Source: Kiritimatiellia bacterium (GTDB taxonomy: Bacteria > Verrucomicrobiota > Kiritimatiellia > RFP12 > UBA1067). From it: 64,000 nucleotides of DNA. Below are positions 1 through 10,724 of this stretch, in pieces. Every line of letters starts with the position of its first letter. Within the stretch, counting starts at the first letter, position 1. The stretch lies in contig JBMNFY010000017.1 in assembly GCA_050949565.1 (NCBI GenBank), forward strand, positions 1,088,001 to 1,152,000, given 5' to 3'. The notes beneath the pieces are model-generated. The model saw only the letters and a list, made by a program, of their open reading frames with translations. It did not search any database and was not told where the DNA came from. The translations under genes were made by a program, and so were the position numbers.

Positions 1-1259
1 GTATTTGAGGACCTCGTCGCCGTCGCTGAGGCCGTCGCGGTCCGTGTCCCGCTGGCGCGGGTCGGTGCGGTATACCATCAGCTCCTCCCAGTCGGTGAGG
101 CCGTCGCCGTCGTGTCGGGGACGGCGGGGTCGAGGCGTCCGAAGGCGGTCCAGCGCAGGGCGAGCGCCGCGCCGCCGGGCGGGAGGGCGGCGGAGAGCGG
201 CGCGCCGTCCGCGAAGGCGAAGGCCTCGCCGCCCCCCGCGTCCGCCGCGCCGATGAGCCAGTTGGTGACGGCGGAGAGGTCCGCGCCGGGCCGGGGGCGG
301 ATGAAGTACTCGAAATCGCCGTCCGGGTGGAGGCGGCACTGGAGGTCGGCCTTGGCCTCCTCGATCCGCCCGAGCATCAGGCTGTTCCAGGTGACGGTGT
401 GCAGGCCGCCGGTCCCGGCCGCGGACCAGAGCCGCCCTTCGGGCGGCAGGAGGCCCGAGGGGGTCTGCAGCACCGAGAGGACGCGGTTGGAGGCGGGATC
501 GGGGAAGGCGGGCGCGGCGGGCGCGAGCCGGCCGGGCAGGCCGTCCAGCAGGAGCATGCCCGACGGCGCGGCGCACACGGCGGTGACGAAGCGGGAGTAA
601 TCCTCGAGGCCGCCCGCGTTGAAGCCGGACGGCAGGGGCACCCACCAGGCATCGTCGTGGACGCCGTGCCCCGAGACGTAATCGGTGACGGTTGCGCCGG
701 CGGGCGGCGCGAAGTCGTGGACGGCGTTGGTCGCGGCGTGCGTGAGCGCGAAGCATGCGTCGTACTGCGCCTGCGTCAGGCGGTTCGTGTAGCGCGGCGG
801 CGGGACGAAGCCGTCCGCCGGGGGCGGCATGAGGCAGGCGGGCGGCAGGCCCTGGGTGGCCGACGCGGGCAACTGGCCCCGGGCGGACGGCGCGGACGCC
901 TGGCCCTGCGTGGATGATGAGGACGGCTGGCCCTGGGCGGATGACGCGGGCGGCTGGCCTTGCGTGGATGACGAGGACGACTGGCCCTGGGCGGGCGGCG
1001 AAGGCGGCTCGGGCTTCGAGCCTCCGCAGCGGACCGCCTCCGCGAACATGAAGAGCACGGCCAGGACGACGAGCACGGAGGTGCGCCTGACCCAGTCGCG
1101 GAAGCGCCGGGTCTCCGCAAGGAGATACCGGAGCGCGCCGCACGCGGCGGGCAGGAGCGCGGCCGCGGCCAGGAACAGGCAGCACGCGCAGACGAGAAGA
1201 TGCCGCGCGCGGAGCAGCGCCTCTTCGTTCAGGAGTGAAAAGATTTTGGCGGTGTCCAC
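1..1259 (-). pseudogene. Second copy of the large membrane-tethered protease carrier gene (5' part), frameshifted near nt 112; runs off the left edge
   Basis: Near-identical DNA to 21223-22509. It has gtcgtgtcgggg where the intact copy has gtcggtgtcgggg (1-nt deletion), so the ORF ends at 78 while homology ([10 protein letters not shown]...LKY) continues in another frame to nt 1. The deletion could be a sequencing error. Confidence 0.8.
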
Positions 1260-1268
1260 GGCATCCCC

Positions 1269-1412
1269 CTATCTGTGGACGCATCTCTCGGTGTCGGCGG
1301 AGACGGGCGGCGGGACCGCCGTGCTGACGATGTCCGCGCCGGACACCAGAAGGGCGGCAGTGGCGGCCGCCAGAAAAACGGCGGCGCATCGGAATGTGGC
1401 AAAACCTTTCAT
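1269..1412 (-). pseudogene. Internally deleted copy of the accessory exported-protein gene
   Basis: MKGFATFRCAAVFLAA...ADTERCVH matches 22519-23112, then jumps directly to the stop/RBS region; about 450 bp are missing. Confidence 0.8.
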
Positions 1413-1556
1413 TGACAGAACCCCTCCCCCTCTTGCACGGAAAAGGCGCGAATCCCGCTCCGTGCGAAAGCGCAAAAATCAGCGTGTCGAGGGGTCTTTT
1501 CTATCTCATGCGTTCATTGCTCAGGCTGAACGTTCACCGCGAACGATCTGCCTCGG

Positions 1557-1585
1557 ATCATACCCTTTTCAGGCAATGACCGCAA
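1557..1585 (-). promoter_or_regulatory. Sigma70-like promoter of locus copy 1
   Basis: Minus strand reads TTGCGG-17 nt-TATGAT; conserved in the second copy at 23400-23428. Confidence 0.6.
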
Positions 1586-1690
1586 CCGGTTTTTGCCAGA
1601 TTTTTGACCACGCGCCGCCGAGTTTTGAGTTCAAGGACCTTGCAGATGAAACAAGGTAGCGGTATGGTATTGGCACAAGAGGAGGATTGC

Positions 1691-3517
1691 ATGGACGGCA
1701 GGATAGCGAGACGGATTGCGACGAGTGGACTGTTGGTGTTGGCCGCGCTCAAGCTTGGTGCGAGCACGGTCGATGTCGCGGCGTATGGCGTGCGGCCCGA
1801 TACTGGCGAGAACATGACGCCCGCCATCAGCCGCATGCTGGCCGCTTGCACCAACGGCGGCGAGCGGATTGTGCTGCCGGCAGGACGCTACCTATTCCGG
1901 CCCGACCGCCCCGGCGAACGTACCACGGCCTTCTTGATCCGGGGTGCGCGCGGGCTGACGCTCGACGGCAACGGCGCGACGCTGATCTTTCACGGTTTGA
2001 TGAATCCTTTCCGGCTGGTCGACTCACGGCAGATTGAAGTGCGTAATCTATCGATCGATTGGGAGCGTCCGTTCATTACGCAGGGTACGATCCGCTCGGT
2101 GACCGACGAGTACGTTGACTTGGCCATTGACCGGCAGCACTACCCGTATGTGATTGAGGACGGACGGGCCTGGTTCACGGGCGAAGATTGGAAACGCGGT
2201 GTGGACGGCTACAACCTGCTCTACGATGCCGCCACCCGCGAGATCCTCTATAAGACCCGCGACAACGCATTGGGAATCGATTTCAACAAACGGGCGGAGG
2301 AGATCGCGCCCGGCGTGATCCGCTTCTTCGGCAAGCCCAAGATCAAGCCTCCCCTCGGTACGATCATCGGGCTCAACCATGGCCGCTACATCGTCAACGG
2401 GTTCGATGTGAACCGCTGTGCGGATGTGACGCTGCGCGACATCAGGGCCTACCATGTGTTGAGCCACGGCGTGGTCGCTTTGCGGACCGAGAACTTAACG
2501 CTCAACGCTTTCAACATTGTCGCGAATGAAGCGAAGGACCGCGTCTTCAGCGCGGTGGCGGACGGCTTTCACCTTGTCCACTGCAAGGGCGTGGTGACGA
2601 TCGAGAATTGTGCTCACACTGGACTGGGCGATGACTTTCTCAATGTCCACGGGCGCAACTGCGTGGTGCACAAACGGATCGACGACCGGACAGTGCTGGT
2701 TGATCGCGCGGAGTGTACGGATTCGGGTGACGAGGTATGGCTGCTACGTAAAAACGAATCGCAACGCCGCGAGGTGTGCCGGGTGGCCGCGATCAAGCCG
2801 GTTCAACTTGAGAACAAGCGGTGGGGCTATGAGGTCGCCTTCACCGAGGCGTTGCCGACGGATTTCCGCGAGGGTGACTTTTTTGAAAACAAGACGTGGA
2901 ATGCGCGTCTGATCTTTCGTCACAACAAAGTACTCCGGCGTCACCGCGCGCGCGGCATTCTGGTGTCGACACCCGAAAGCGCTGTGATCGAAAAGAACCT
3001 GTTCAGCACGGCGGGCACAGCGATTTTGATTGAGGGCGATACCGATTTCTGGTTCGAGTCAGGGGCTATCCGCGACCTGGTAATCCGCGACAACGTGTTC
3101 GAGAACTGCCTCTCCTCCGGCTCGGAGACCGGCGGCAAATGGGAGTGGGGCGAGGCGATCATCACGATCACCCCGTCGCACCGGCCGAACAGCGTGACGT
3201 GCGAGCCTTATCACCGCAACATCCGCATCGAAGGCAACACGTTCAAGACATTCGACATTCCGCTTGTGCGCGCCCGTTCAGTGCGCGGGCTCGTTTTCCG
3301 CGACAACACGATCGAACACACAACGGCCTTTACGCCCTTCGCTTGGCAGAAGGCGGCCTTTTGGTTCGACGGTTGCCGCGAGGTGACGGTGGAGCGTAAC
3401 GTCTATGCCGACACCTATGCCGGGCGGACGCTCTGGACGCAGCACATGGCCGAAAGCGATCTGAAGGTCACGGACTCCCGCGCATTCACGGTGCTTCCCT
3501 GTCCCGTCGAGAAATGA
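1691..3517 (+). CDS. GH110-like alpha-galactosidase / right-handed beta-helix protein, secreted
   Basis: Signal peptide after RBS GGAGGA; motifs LPAGRY, SIDWERP, ADGFHLVHC, GDDFLNVHG, RARGIL, WFESG typical of GH110. Confidence 0.75.
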   Translation: MDGRIARRIATSGLLVLAALKLGASTVDVAAYGVRPDTGENMTPAISRMLAACTNGGERIVLPAGRYLFRPDRPGERTTAFLIRGARGLTLDGNGATLIFHGLMNPFRLVDSRQIEVRNLSIDWERPFITQGTIRSVTDEYVDLAIDRQHYPYVIEDGRAWFTGEDWKRGVDGYNLLYDAATREILYKTRDNALGIDFNKRAEEIAPGVIRFFGKPKIKPPLGTIIGLNHGRYIVNGFDVNRCADVTLRDIRAYHVLSHGVVALRTENLTLNAFNIVANEAKDRVFSAVADGFHLVHCKGVVTIENCAHTGLGDDFLNVHGRNCVVHKRIDDRTVLVDRAECTDSGDEVWLLRKNESQRREVCRVAAIKPVQLENKRWGYEVAFTEALPTDFREGDFFENKTWNARLIFRHNKVLRRHRARGILVSTPESAVIEKNLFSTAGTAILIEGDTDFWFESGAIRDLVIRDNVFENCLSSGSETGGKWEWGEAIITITPSHRPNSVTCEPYHRNIRIEGNTFKTFDIPLVRARSVRGLVFRDNTIEHTTAFTPFAWQKAAFWFDGCREVTVERNVYADTYAGRTLWTQHMAESDLKVTDSRAFTVLPCPVEK

Positions 3518-3587
3518 GTGCGAAGAGGATGCTTGACGAGACTGGCTTTGGATTCTCAACAGCAACGGTTAATCGGCCTCCCGACGC

Positions 3588-5012
3588 TTACAGGAAAACC
3601 TCCTGCCTGTGCAACTCGGATCGAAGATCGGAATAGGCGAGTGAGCGTGGCGACGTCCCCTTGCGTGCGGACAGGGCAGCCGCGACACCGGCCGCCTGCC
3701 CTGTGACGAAACACGGACAAATAAGACGGAATGTGTCAATCGTATCGCCCGCGCCCAGGCAACGTCCCGCGCACAGGAGATTCTCCACCTTCTTGGGAAC
3801 GATCGCCCGATAAGGAACCGCCCAGGCGGCATGGGCGCCGTCATGCCCGAACCAGCCGATCGTCTCGTCGCCGAGCTTGCCTTCCGCGATCATCTTCCGG
3901 TCGACGACGACCTCGGTGTCGACGAGGCGCGTGGCCCGCGGGCCGATCTGGGACGCTGTCGCCGCGATGTAGACTTCCTCCCAGCCTGGTGTCTTGCGCA
4001 TCTCGCGCACCTCCTCCCACCAGTATTTACGGAACTCCACTTCCGCCCGGCTCAACTCGCGAATGTCCAAGCCGTTTGCGGGACGATCCACCGGCGGAAT
4101 ACGGACACTCCCCCACCACATCGACTTGTTCGCGGTGTTCGACCGTGTCGGCCACTTGCGCAGTCGCCCTTCCGGCGTCTTCGTGCCCTTCACGCGGTCC
4201 ATATTCGCCAACAGCACGTCATGGCCGATGCCGTGTGTGATCTGCCGGTAGTCGCCGCCGGCCCTGAACAGCATGTCCGCGTCACCGCTGCAATCGACGA
4301 TCTGTTTCGCGAGAATGGCCTGCCGTCCCTGCTTCGACTCGAAGACGATGCCCATCACGGTGTTTCCGTCCTGAATGACGTCAACGCCCCAGGAATGGAA
4401 GAACATCTCAACGCCGGCTTCCTGAATCATCGTGTCCATCAGGTACTTGGCCCCTTCGGGATCGACCGTCGGCTGCATATGCTTCTTGTTACCGGTTTTC
4501 GCCGGTTCAAACGTCGACACGTCCGCCCCCAGCGCATACGCGCGGTGCATGAACTCGCCGCAGATGCCGCGCGTGACGAGCGTCCAGTCGCCCCCCGCTT
4601 CCCTCCGGCAGGCGGAAAGCATGATCAGGACCATGCCGTTCGTGAAGAGTCCTCCGAGGGAGCCGTACCGCTCGACAAGCGCGACCTTCGCGCCCGCCCT
4701 CTTGGCCGCAATCGCCGCCGCAAAACCGGCCGTTCCGCCGCCTACAACAACGACATCTGTCTCATGGAAGACAGGAAGCCGATGGGCCGGTTCGAAAACC
4801 TCACCGTCTACGATCCGGCAGCTCGGCCCGTCCGTCATTGTGGGTTCGAGCGGGAAAATATTGCGTCCGAAGCTGGGATTCTTCGGATCGCCGATCGACC
4901 CGGCGGGCAACCCGGATTTCGAGGCGACAGGCTCATCCCCCACAACCTTTCCAGTCGCAAGCCCGGCGACTCCGATCCCCATGCTTCTCAGAAAATCACG
5001 TTTTGAAATCAT
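3588..5012 (-). CDS. FAD-dependent oxidoreductase (FAD_oxidored family), Tat-like N-terminus
   Basis: DVVVVGGGTAG, LVERYGSLGG, DCSGDAD, VPYRAIVP, GQAAG; SKRDFL Tat-like motif. Confidence 0.85.
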   Translation of the reverse strand: MISKRDFLRSMGIGVAGLATGKVVGDEPVASKSGLPAGSIGDPKNPSFGRNIFPLEPTMTDGPSCRIVDGEVFEPAHRLPVFHETDVVVVGGGTAGFAAAIAAKRAGAKVALVERYGSLGGLFTNGMVLIMLSACRREAGGDWTLVTRGICGEFMHRAYALGADVSTFEPAKTGNKKHMQPTVDPEGAKYLMDTMIQEAGVEMFFHSWGVDVIQDGNTVMGIVFESKQGRQAILAKQIVDCSGDADMLFRAGGDYRQITHGIGHDVLLANMDRVKGTKTPEGRLRKWPTRSNTANKSMWWGSVRIPPVDRPANGLDIRELSRAEVEFRKYWWEEVREMRKTPGWEEVYIAATASQIGPRATRLVDTEVVVDRKMIAEGKLGDETIGWFGHDGAHAAWAVPYRAIVPKKVENLLCAGRCLGAGDTIDTFRLICPCFVTGQAAGVAAALSARKGTSPRSLAYSDLRSELHRQEVFL

Positions 5013-5203
5013 AGCAATCTCCTTTGCCTTTGTTTTCTACCCTTTGGAATTATCATAACTGCGTTGGATGTGCAACTCCCAGATGCGATACAATCGCGTT
5101 GATTACTCTTGCAAGCGGGGCAGGGGTAACGGTATGGTGTCGGTAACAATGGCGTCAAAAGGAAGAGGGTGTTTGGCGAGAATGGTTTTGGAGCAGGATT
5201 GGT

Positions 5204-6391
5204 ATGACTAAACGGAAGGCGAAAGAGGATCATGCAAGGCTGCAGAGACGCGAAGAAAAGACCATGAAGGACGGTCATGCCGATCCATCGCAGAGGCTTT
5301 ATGACAAGGTGGCCGACGAAGATTCCGTGCGCCAGGGCTTCTATCGTGAAGTTGCCGAGATTTTGAAGACGGCCCGGGTTCATGCACATCGCGCTGCGAA
5401 TTTTATGATGGTCGAAGCGTATTGGAATGTGGGGAAGAAGATTGTCGAGGAGGAGCAATCGGGCAAAATGCGCGCCGCCTACGGTGAATTCCTCATTGAT
5501 CGGCTTTCGGCCAAGCTCAGGGAAGAGCTGGGACGGGGGTTCGATGTGACGAATCTGAAACGGATGCGGCAATTTTATGTTCTGTTTCCAAAAGGTGCCG
5601 CAGCGTGGCACCTTTTATCTTGGTCCCATTTCAAGGCGGTATTACGGCTAGAAACGGCGGAAGCCCGTACTTGGTATCTGCAGGAGGCCATGGAACAAAA
5701 CTGGTCGGTTCGTGCTCTGGAGCGACAGGTCAGATCGCTCTACTACGAACGGCTATTGATGAGCCGGGGCAAAGGAGATGAGGTCATGTCCGAGGCCCGG
5801 CAAAAAGCCGCAGAGGTCGCAACAGCGCCAGAAGACCTCATCAAAGACCCATACGTGCTCGAATTTCTGGGCATTCCTGATGCTCATGCGTTCCGTGAGT
5901 CCGAGTTGGAGCAGGCGATCATCGACAAGCTTCAGGCATTCCTGCTGGAGTTGGGCAAAGGGTTTGCCTTTGTAGCGCGACAACAGCGTATCCCCACGGA
6001 GACCAAGGATTTTTTCATCGATCTCGTGTTCTACAATTATCTGCTCAAGTGTTTCGTGCTGATCGACCTCAAGGCCGGTGAACTCACGCATCAAGATATC
6101 GGCCAGATGGACATGTATGTTCGCCTATACGAAGACCGGCATAAGAATCCGGGGGACAATCCAACCGTCGGCCTCATTCTCTGTACCGACAAAGACGCAA
6201 CCGTGGTCAAATACTCTGTGCTGAGCGAGAGCAAACAGCTTTTCGCCTCCCAGTACCGGCTGGTGTTGCCGACCGAAGAGGAGCTACGCCGTGAGATTGA
6301 ACGTGAACGTGATCTCGCAGTCCGAGAACAAGAGGAACGGTATGGGGGGATCGGGAGAGAGAATAGAGCTTCGCTCGAAGCCGCGAAGTAA
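5204..6391 (+). CDS. YhcG/DUF1016 PD-(D/E)XK nuclease-domain protein (true start may be 5264)
   Basis: YWNVG, LSWSHF, NWSVRALERQ, KDPYVLEFL, LLELGKGFAFVARQ, IDLVFYN, GQMDMYVR. Confidence 0.9.
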   Translation: MTKRKAKEDHARLQRREEKTMKDGHADPSQRLYDKVADEDSVRQGFYREVAEILKTARVHAHRAANFMMVEAYWNVGKKIVEEEQSGKMRAAYGEFLIDRLSAKLREELGRGFDVTNLKRMRQFYVLFPKGAAAWHLLSWSHFKAVLRLETAEARTWYLQEAMEQNWSVRALERQVRSLYYERLLMSRGKGDEVMSEARQKAAEVATAPEDLIKDPYVLEFLGIPDAHAFRESELEQAIIDKLQAFLLELGKGFAFVARQQRIPTETKDFFIDLVFYNYLLKCFVLIDLKAGELTHQDIGQMDMYVRLYEDRHKNPGDNPTVGLILCTDKDATVVKYSVLSESKQLFASQYRLVLPTEEELRREIERERDLAVREQEERYGGIGRENRASLEAAK

Positions 6392-6396
6392 GCGCA

Positions 6397-9300
6397 TCAC
6401 CACGTCCGAAAGACGCCGAACCAGCGGCGGCTGTTTGATTCGCTACCGACGACTCTCAACAGCAACGGCTCGCCCGGTGTCACCATCGTGGAGGATAGCG
6501 TCAGGGTGAACGTTCCGTATTCGGCGGTCGCGGTGTCGCGCACGTATGCGAGCGCCGCGGATTTGTCGGCGCTGGTCCACTCGGCGTCGTGTTGGCTGAT
6601 CGCCGGAATGTCGATGAGCTTGCTGTCGCCGACGTAGAGGGTGAAACGTCCCTGCGGTTCCGCGAAGTAGCCCATGCCGCCTTGCCACGTCACAACGGCT
6701 TGCGGTTTTGAGCGCACGTCGGCGGGCATCTTCCGCGTTTTCCAGATCAACTCGTTCTTGCCCGTTATGGCTCTGGCCACATCAAGCTGATACGTGCCTA
6801 GCGGCAGATTGTCATACCCGCTGTCGCCCGCCTTGACAGTCTCTTGCCAGCCGTTTTGAACCCCGGTCGATATCTTCACGGTGCCTTTGGGATTGAATGC
6901 GTCAGAACGCGCGTAACGGATCATTCCGTCCAGCAGACAGGTGCCCTCCGGTGTGCCGGACAGCACGTCCAGCCCGAATGTCATCAACACACGTCCCGCC
7001 TCTATGCGCGTTTCGGCGGCGTACAGGAAGTAACCTTTGCCGCCTTCGCCGACCACGATCATCTCATCCGGCAGCAGACCCGCAAACGGCAACGGCCAGC
7101 CTTGCTTCAAGATGCGGAACGACAACGGTGAGAGCGTCCCATCATGCGGGAAATCGCCGAGCGCCGGATGCCGCGCGAAGGCCGTCCCCACCTGATTCCC
7201 CATCCACCACCATCCCAGACTCACGTTCGGCGGACCTTTTGTGCCGTTGATCAGAATCACACGCCGACCTGCCGCCAGCGCCGCGCCGACATCCGGCGCC
7301 CCGAAGCGCGATATCAGAAGTCCGGCTTTCTCCGCTTCAGGCGTCCCGGACACGGCAAGTCCCGCATACATCTTTTCCAACGCGGGCAGCAGTTCCGGCG
7401 AAACGGCGATGCCCGCGCCATCCTGCTTTTCCCGTTTGGGGAACACCCAAAAGTCCCAGGTGTTGCGCACAGGATCCGGGGCGTTGGCTACGGCGACCTC
7501 AAGGACGGCATGCGACGGCTTAGCGACATTGGGCATGGTTATGGACGTTTCGGCAAACAGCCGCGTGCTGCCGAGTTCGACGTCGCCGCCGTCGCACTCG
7601 CCTTGCGCAAGCACGGCGTCTCCCGAGCGCAAGGCCCACTTGACGCGCGCCCCGGCCAGCGGCGCTTCGCCGTAATGCGTGATCCAGAACGTTGCCTTCA
7701 CCGCATCGCCGGACACAGCGATGCGGGTTTCGGGATCAGTCTTGAGCAGCAGCGCGGTCGCACTATTGAACTGGCGGAAATCCTCCGGTGTCGAGCCGTT
7801 GCGCTTCACGCCCCAGAACGGATCGAACAAGCCCTGTGCGCTGTAGGTGTCTCCTTGCTGGACGACCACATCGACGATGGTCCAGAAACTATAGCCGTCA
7901 CACGCCGGGTCCAGCCGCGCGGCTTCGACGCCGCGCTTCTGATAATACCGCTGTAGGGCGTGCTGCGCGTCCTGACAGGCGTCGCCCCAGCGCCGATCCA
8001 GACCGGCAGTGTTGAGCCATTCGTCCCGCTTCGCCATCGGCACGGGCGGCAACCACGATCCTGAAAAACGTTCTTCCAAGCGCGGGTCCTGTTTGACACT
8101 CAGGTTCAGGTATTCGTGCGCGACAAAAGGCGCGTCGCAAGTGACGCTCCCCGGCTTCCAGACGTTGATGGGGCCGTTGCGGAAATCGGAGTTCTCGGCC
8201 GTGTTGAAGGTTCCGTCCTGATGGAGCATGAGGCGGTCTGGGTCTAACCGCTTGGCCAGTTTGTAGAGTTCCTTGTCCAGCGGACTGCCGAGAAGCCCTT
8301 CGTTCCCCGTGCAGTATGTGGTGAACGATACGTAACGGCGGTAATGCGTGTAGAGTTCTTTCAAATCGCGCATCGGATCGAAGGTAAATGCCTCGGTCGG
8401 GTAGTCGCCGTAGTAGGGCAGTTCGGGCTGGACCATGATCCCTGCCTCGTCCGCGGCCTCGAAGTACTCGGGCAACTCGCAATGCGTGTGCAGGCGCACA
8501 TAGTTGAACCCGGCGGCCCGCGCGATCTTGAGGTGTTTGAGATGCGTCTCTTTTGAAGCCGGCGAGACCAGTGTGAGCGGATACACGCAATCGTCGCCGT
8601 AGCCGCGCACGAAAAACGGCTTGTTGTTCAAGAAGAAACGGTCGCCGCGCACCTCGATCTTGCGCACGCCGAAGCGCTCCGTCCAGCCGTGCACCGGCGT
8701 CTCACCTTCGCACAGTGTGATCTCCGCCACATAGAGATTCGGTGATTCAGGCGACCACGGCATAAAGGGGTCGAGCTTCACGCGGCAAACGACATCCGCG
8801 CTCTTTTTGCCGTCAGTAAATGTGACCACTTCCTTGCCAACTGCCGACTGCTGATTGCCGGTTGCCGATTGAATCGTCACGCGCAACACGGGGTTCTTCA
8901 ATCTGCCCGCTTCCGTGGCAGTTGCAATCGTCGCATGCACCTCAGCCGTCTGCTTGTCAAAATCCCCGCGCACCCAGGCGTCGTCGATACGCGTATCGGG
9001 CGTGGCCTCGATCTCGACATCGCGGTAGAGCCCGCCGAACCGGTGGACTGAACTGGCCAATCCTTTGCGGCTCGGCAGCACGTTGTTGGCCGAAGCCACC
9101 ACGACGGCTTGTGTGCCGGCCTGGACGAGATCGGTGATGTCATACTTGTAGGTGCCGCAGTAGTTGTCCACCCAAGCGACAGGCGTGTGGTTGACCCAGA
9201 ACCAGCCCTGCGAGCGTACGCCGCCGACCTTGAGCCAGATCCGCTTGCCTTGCCAGGCGGCGGGAATCTCGACCGTTTTGCGATACCATCCTTCGCCTTC

Positions 9301-9684
9301 GAAGATGTTGCGCAGCGGCTTGGCGCAGTGATCCCACTTGCAGTCCCACGAGTTGCCCATGCCGGGTTCGCCCACGCCCTGCGCCTCCCAACATCCGGGC
9401 ACTTGAATGGTTCTGGCATCCGGCCACGGCCGGTTGAAAAAACGATCCCATCCCGGATGACGGCGCGGGCGGACATTGGTGGGTTGCGCGACGAACTCCC
9501 ATTCGCCGCGCAGCGACACCACGCTCTGCAGCGACGACCGCACAGCAGGATTCACCACCGCCGGCAGCGCCTTGCGATAGCCCCACGTGTCCACGCCGGA
9601 GAGAGGGTTTTCTTCAGCGGACGCGCAAACCGCAACCCCCGTCAATGCGATCATTCCGGCCAGAACGGTTCTTTTTGTCATCAC
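6397..9684 (-). CDS. Glycoside hydrolase family 2 protein, secreted
   Basis: SLRGEWEF, VPGCWE, WYRKTV, WSPESPNLY, FGVRKIE, FNYVRLH, ADEAGI, GNE. Confidence 0.85.
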   Translation of the reverse strand: MMTKRTVLAGMIALTGVAVCASAEENPLSGVDTWGYRKALPAVVNPAVRSSLQSVVSLRGEWEFVAQPTNVRPRRHPGWDRFFNRPWPDARTIQVPGCWEAQGVGEPGMGNSWDCKWDHCAKPLRNIFEGEGWYRKTVEIPAAWQGKRIWLKVGGVRSQGWFWVNHTPVAWVDNYCGTYKYDITDLVQAGTQAVVVASANNVLPSRKGLASSVHRFGGLYRDVEIEATPDTRIDDAWVRGDFDKQTAEVHATIATATEAGRLKNPVLRVTIQSATGNQQSAVGKEVVTFTDGKKSADVVCRVKLDPFMPWSPESPNLYVAEITLCEGETPVHGWTERFGVRKIEVRGDRFFLNNKPFFVRGYGDDCVYPLTLVSPASKETHLKHLKIARAAGFNYVRLHTHCELPEYFEAADEAGIMVQPELPYYGDYPTEAFTFDPMRDLKELYTHYRRYVSFTTYCTGNEGLLGSPLDKELYKLAKRLDPDRLMLHQDGTFNTAENSDFRNGPINVWKPGSVTCDAPFVAHEYLNLSVKQDPRLEERFSGSWLPPVPMAKRDEWLNTAGLDRRWGDACQDAQHALQRYYQKRGVEAARLDPACDGYSFWTIVDVVVQQGDTYSAQGLFDPFWGVKRNGSTPEDFRQFNSATALLLKTDPETRIAVSGDAVKATFWITHYGEAPLAGARVKWALRSGDAVLAQGECDGGDVELGSTRLFAETSITMPNVAKPSHAVLEVAVANAPDPVRNTWDFWVFPKREKQDGAGIAVSPELLPALEKMYAGLAVSGTPEAEKAGLLISRFGAPDVGAALAAGRRVILINGTKGPPNVSLGWWWMGNQVGTAFARHPALGDFPHDGTLSPLSFRILKQGWPLPFAGLLPDEMIVVGEGGKGYFLYAAETRIEAGRVLMTFGLDVLSGTPEGTCLLDGMIRYARSDAFNPKGTVKISTGVQNGWQETVKAGDSGYDNLPLGTYQLDVARAITGKNELIWKTRKMPADVRSKPQAVVTWQGGMGYFAEPQGRFTLYVGDSKLIDIPAISQHDAEWTSADKSAALAYVRDTATAEYGTFTLTLSSTMVTPGEPLLLRVVGSESNSRRWFGVFRTW

Positions 9685-9896
9685 TTCTCCTCCGAAGGCG
9701 GCGGCTTGCCCATGCGTTCTTGATAGTCGGAACGGCTGGCGAGCGCTTCATCCACGGTAAGGTAAACCACCTTGCCGTCGCGCCAGCACGGCACGGGGAG
9801 GCCGGTCTGGCGGTATCCCTCGATCGCTTTCCAGGTAGCCTCGTCCATCGCTTGCACGACCAGCCGGGTTTCTTCTGACATCACGGGTGTCGCCAT
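9681..9896 (-). CDS. Small protein downstream of the zeta-like ATPase, putative antitoxin/partner
   Basis: 71 aa; AMDEAT..AIE...TGLPVPCWRDGKVV resembles the small genes typically found next to zeta-like ATPases; overlaps both neighbours. Confidence 0.6.
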   Translation of the reverse strand: MATPVMSEETRLVVQAMDEATWKAIEGYRQTGLPVPCWRDGKVVYLTVDEALASRSDYQERMGKPPPSEEK

Positions 9897-10654
9897 AGGG
9901 CAATCTCCAGTTTCATTTGGGCGAAGCGCACGGTATCGTACACGATGGCCTCATCGTTTTTCTCATAGACCAAGACGGGCTTCATTCCCGAATTATCGAA
10001 GATGCGGATTTTGTCCATGATGGCGGTATAGGTCTTTAGATTCTTCAGCGACCGATCATACCGCCGCCTCACATCCTGATCGGGAACCGCGTGTCCTCCC
10101 GTCGCAATGCGTTGTCGGATACGGGAGAGGAGCAACTCGCAACTGGGGGTCCAGAGATAGTACAGGTACAACCGGTAACCGGTTGAGCGCAGGTTTTTCA
10201 GCAATTCCAAATAGCCGAGGCCGGAGAGGGTGGTCTCAAATCCGAAATCCTTTTTCGCTGCCGACAGGGAGGCGATCCGTTCCAGAACAAGACGCCCAGC
10301 CCTGACAGCAGCCCGTGTCGCATCAAAAGGAGAGAGGCCCAGTGCGATCAGGTCGGGGTTGACAAACTCCAGACACGCCGCATAGCGTGGTAAAAAATGC
10401 AATGCGAACGTGGATTTTCCTGAGCCGTTCGCGCCGGCGACGATATGGCAGGCAGGGCTGTCAAATAGACGCGAGTCACCGAGAGACTCCCGCACTGCTC
10501 GTGTTGACGGATCAGTCGGCAGCAGGCATTCCGGCACGCCGATATCCGAGAGGATTGCATCAATCAACGCGCTCCGGTCCACCGGTTCGTTATCTGTCCC
10601 TCCAAGGGCAACAGTGTACGGATGGGGGTGCTTTATGTTCTCGCCCGTTTTCAC
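9881..10654 (-). CDS. Zeta-toxin-family P-loop ATPase
   Basis: GANGSGKST Walker A, FVNPDLIA, FGFETTLSG, RIRQRIATGGHAVP..VRRRYDRSL, FDNS. Confidence 0.85.
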   Translation of the reverse strand: MKTGENIKHPHPYTVALGGTDNEPVDRSALIDAILSDIGVPECLLPTDPSTRAVRESLGDSRLFDSPACHIVAGANGSGKSTFALHFLPRYAACLEFVNPDLIALGLSPFDATRAAVRAGRLVLERIASLSAAKKDFGFETTLSGLGYLELLKNLRSTGYRLYLYYLWTPSCELLLSRIRQRIATGGHAVPDQDVRRRYDRSLKNLKTYTAIMDKIRIFDNSGMKPVLVYEKNDEAIVYDTVRFAQMKLEIALWRHP

Positions 10655-10724
10655 AACACGCTTCCAAACTCAAAAACAGCACAAGGTTACACGTTTTCGG
10701 GCTCTCTTGCCAGATGTCTGATTC

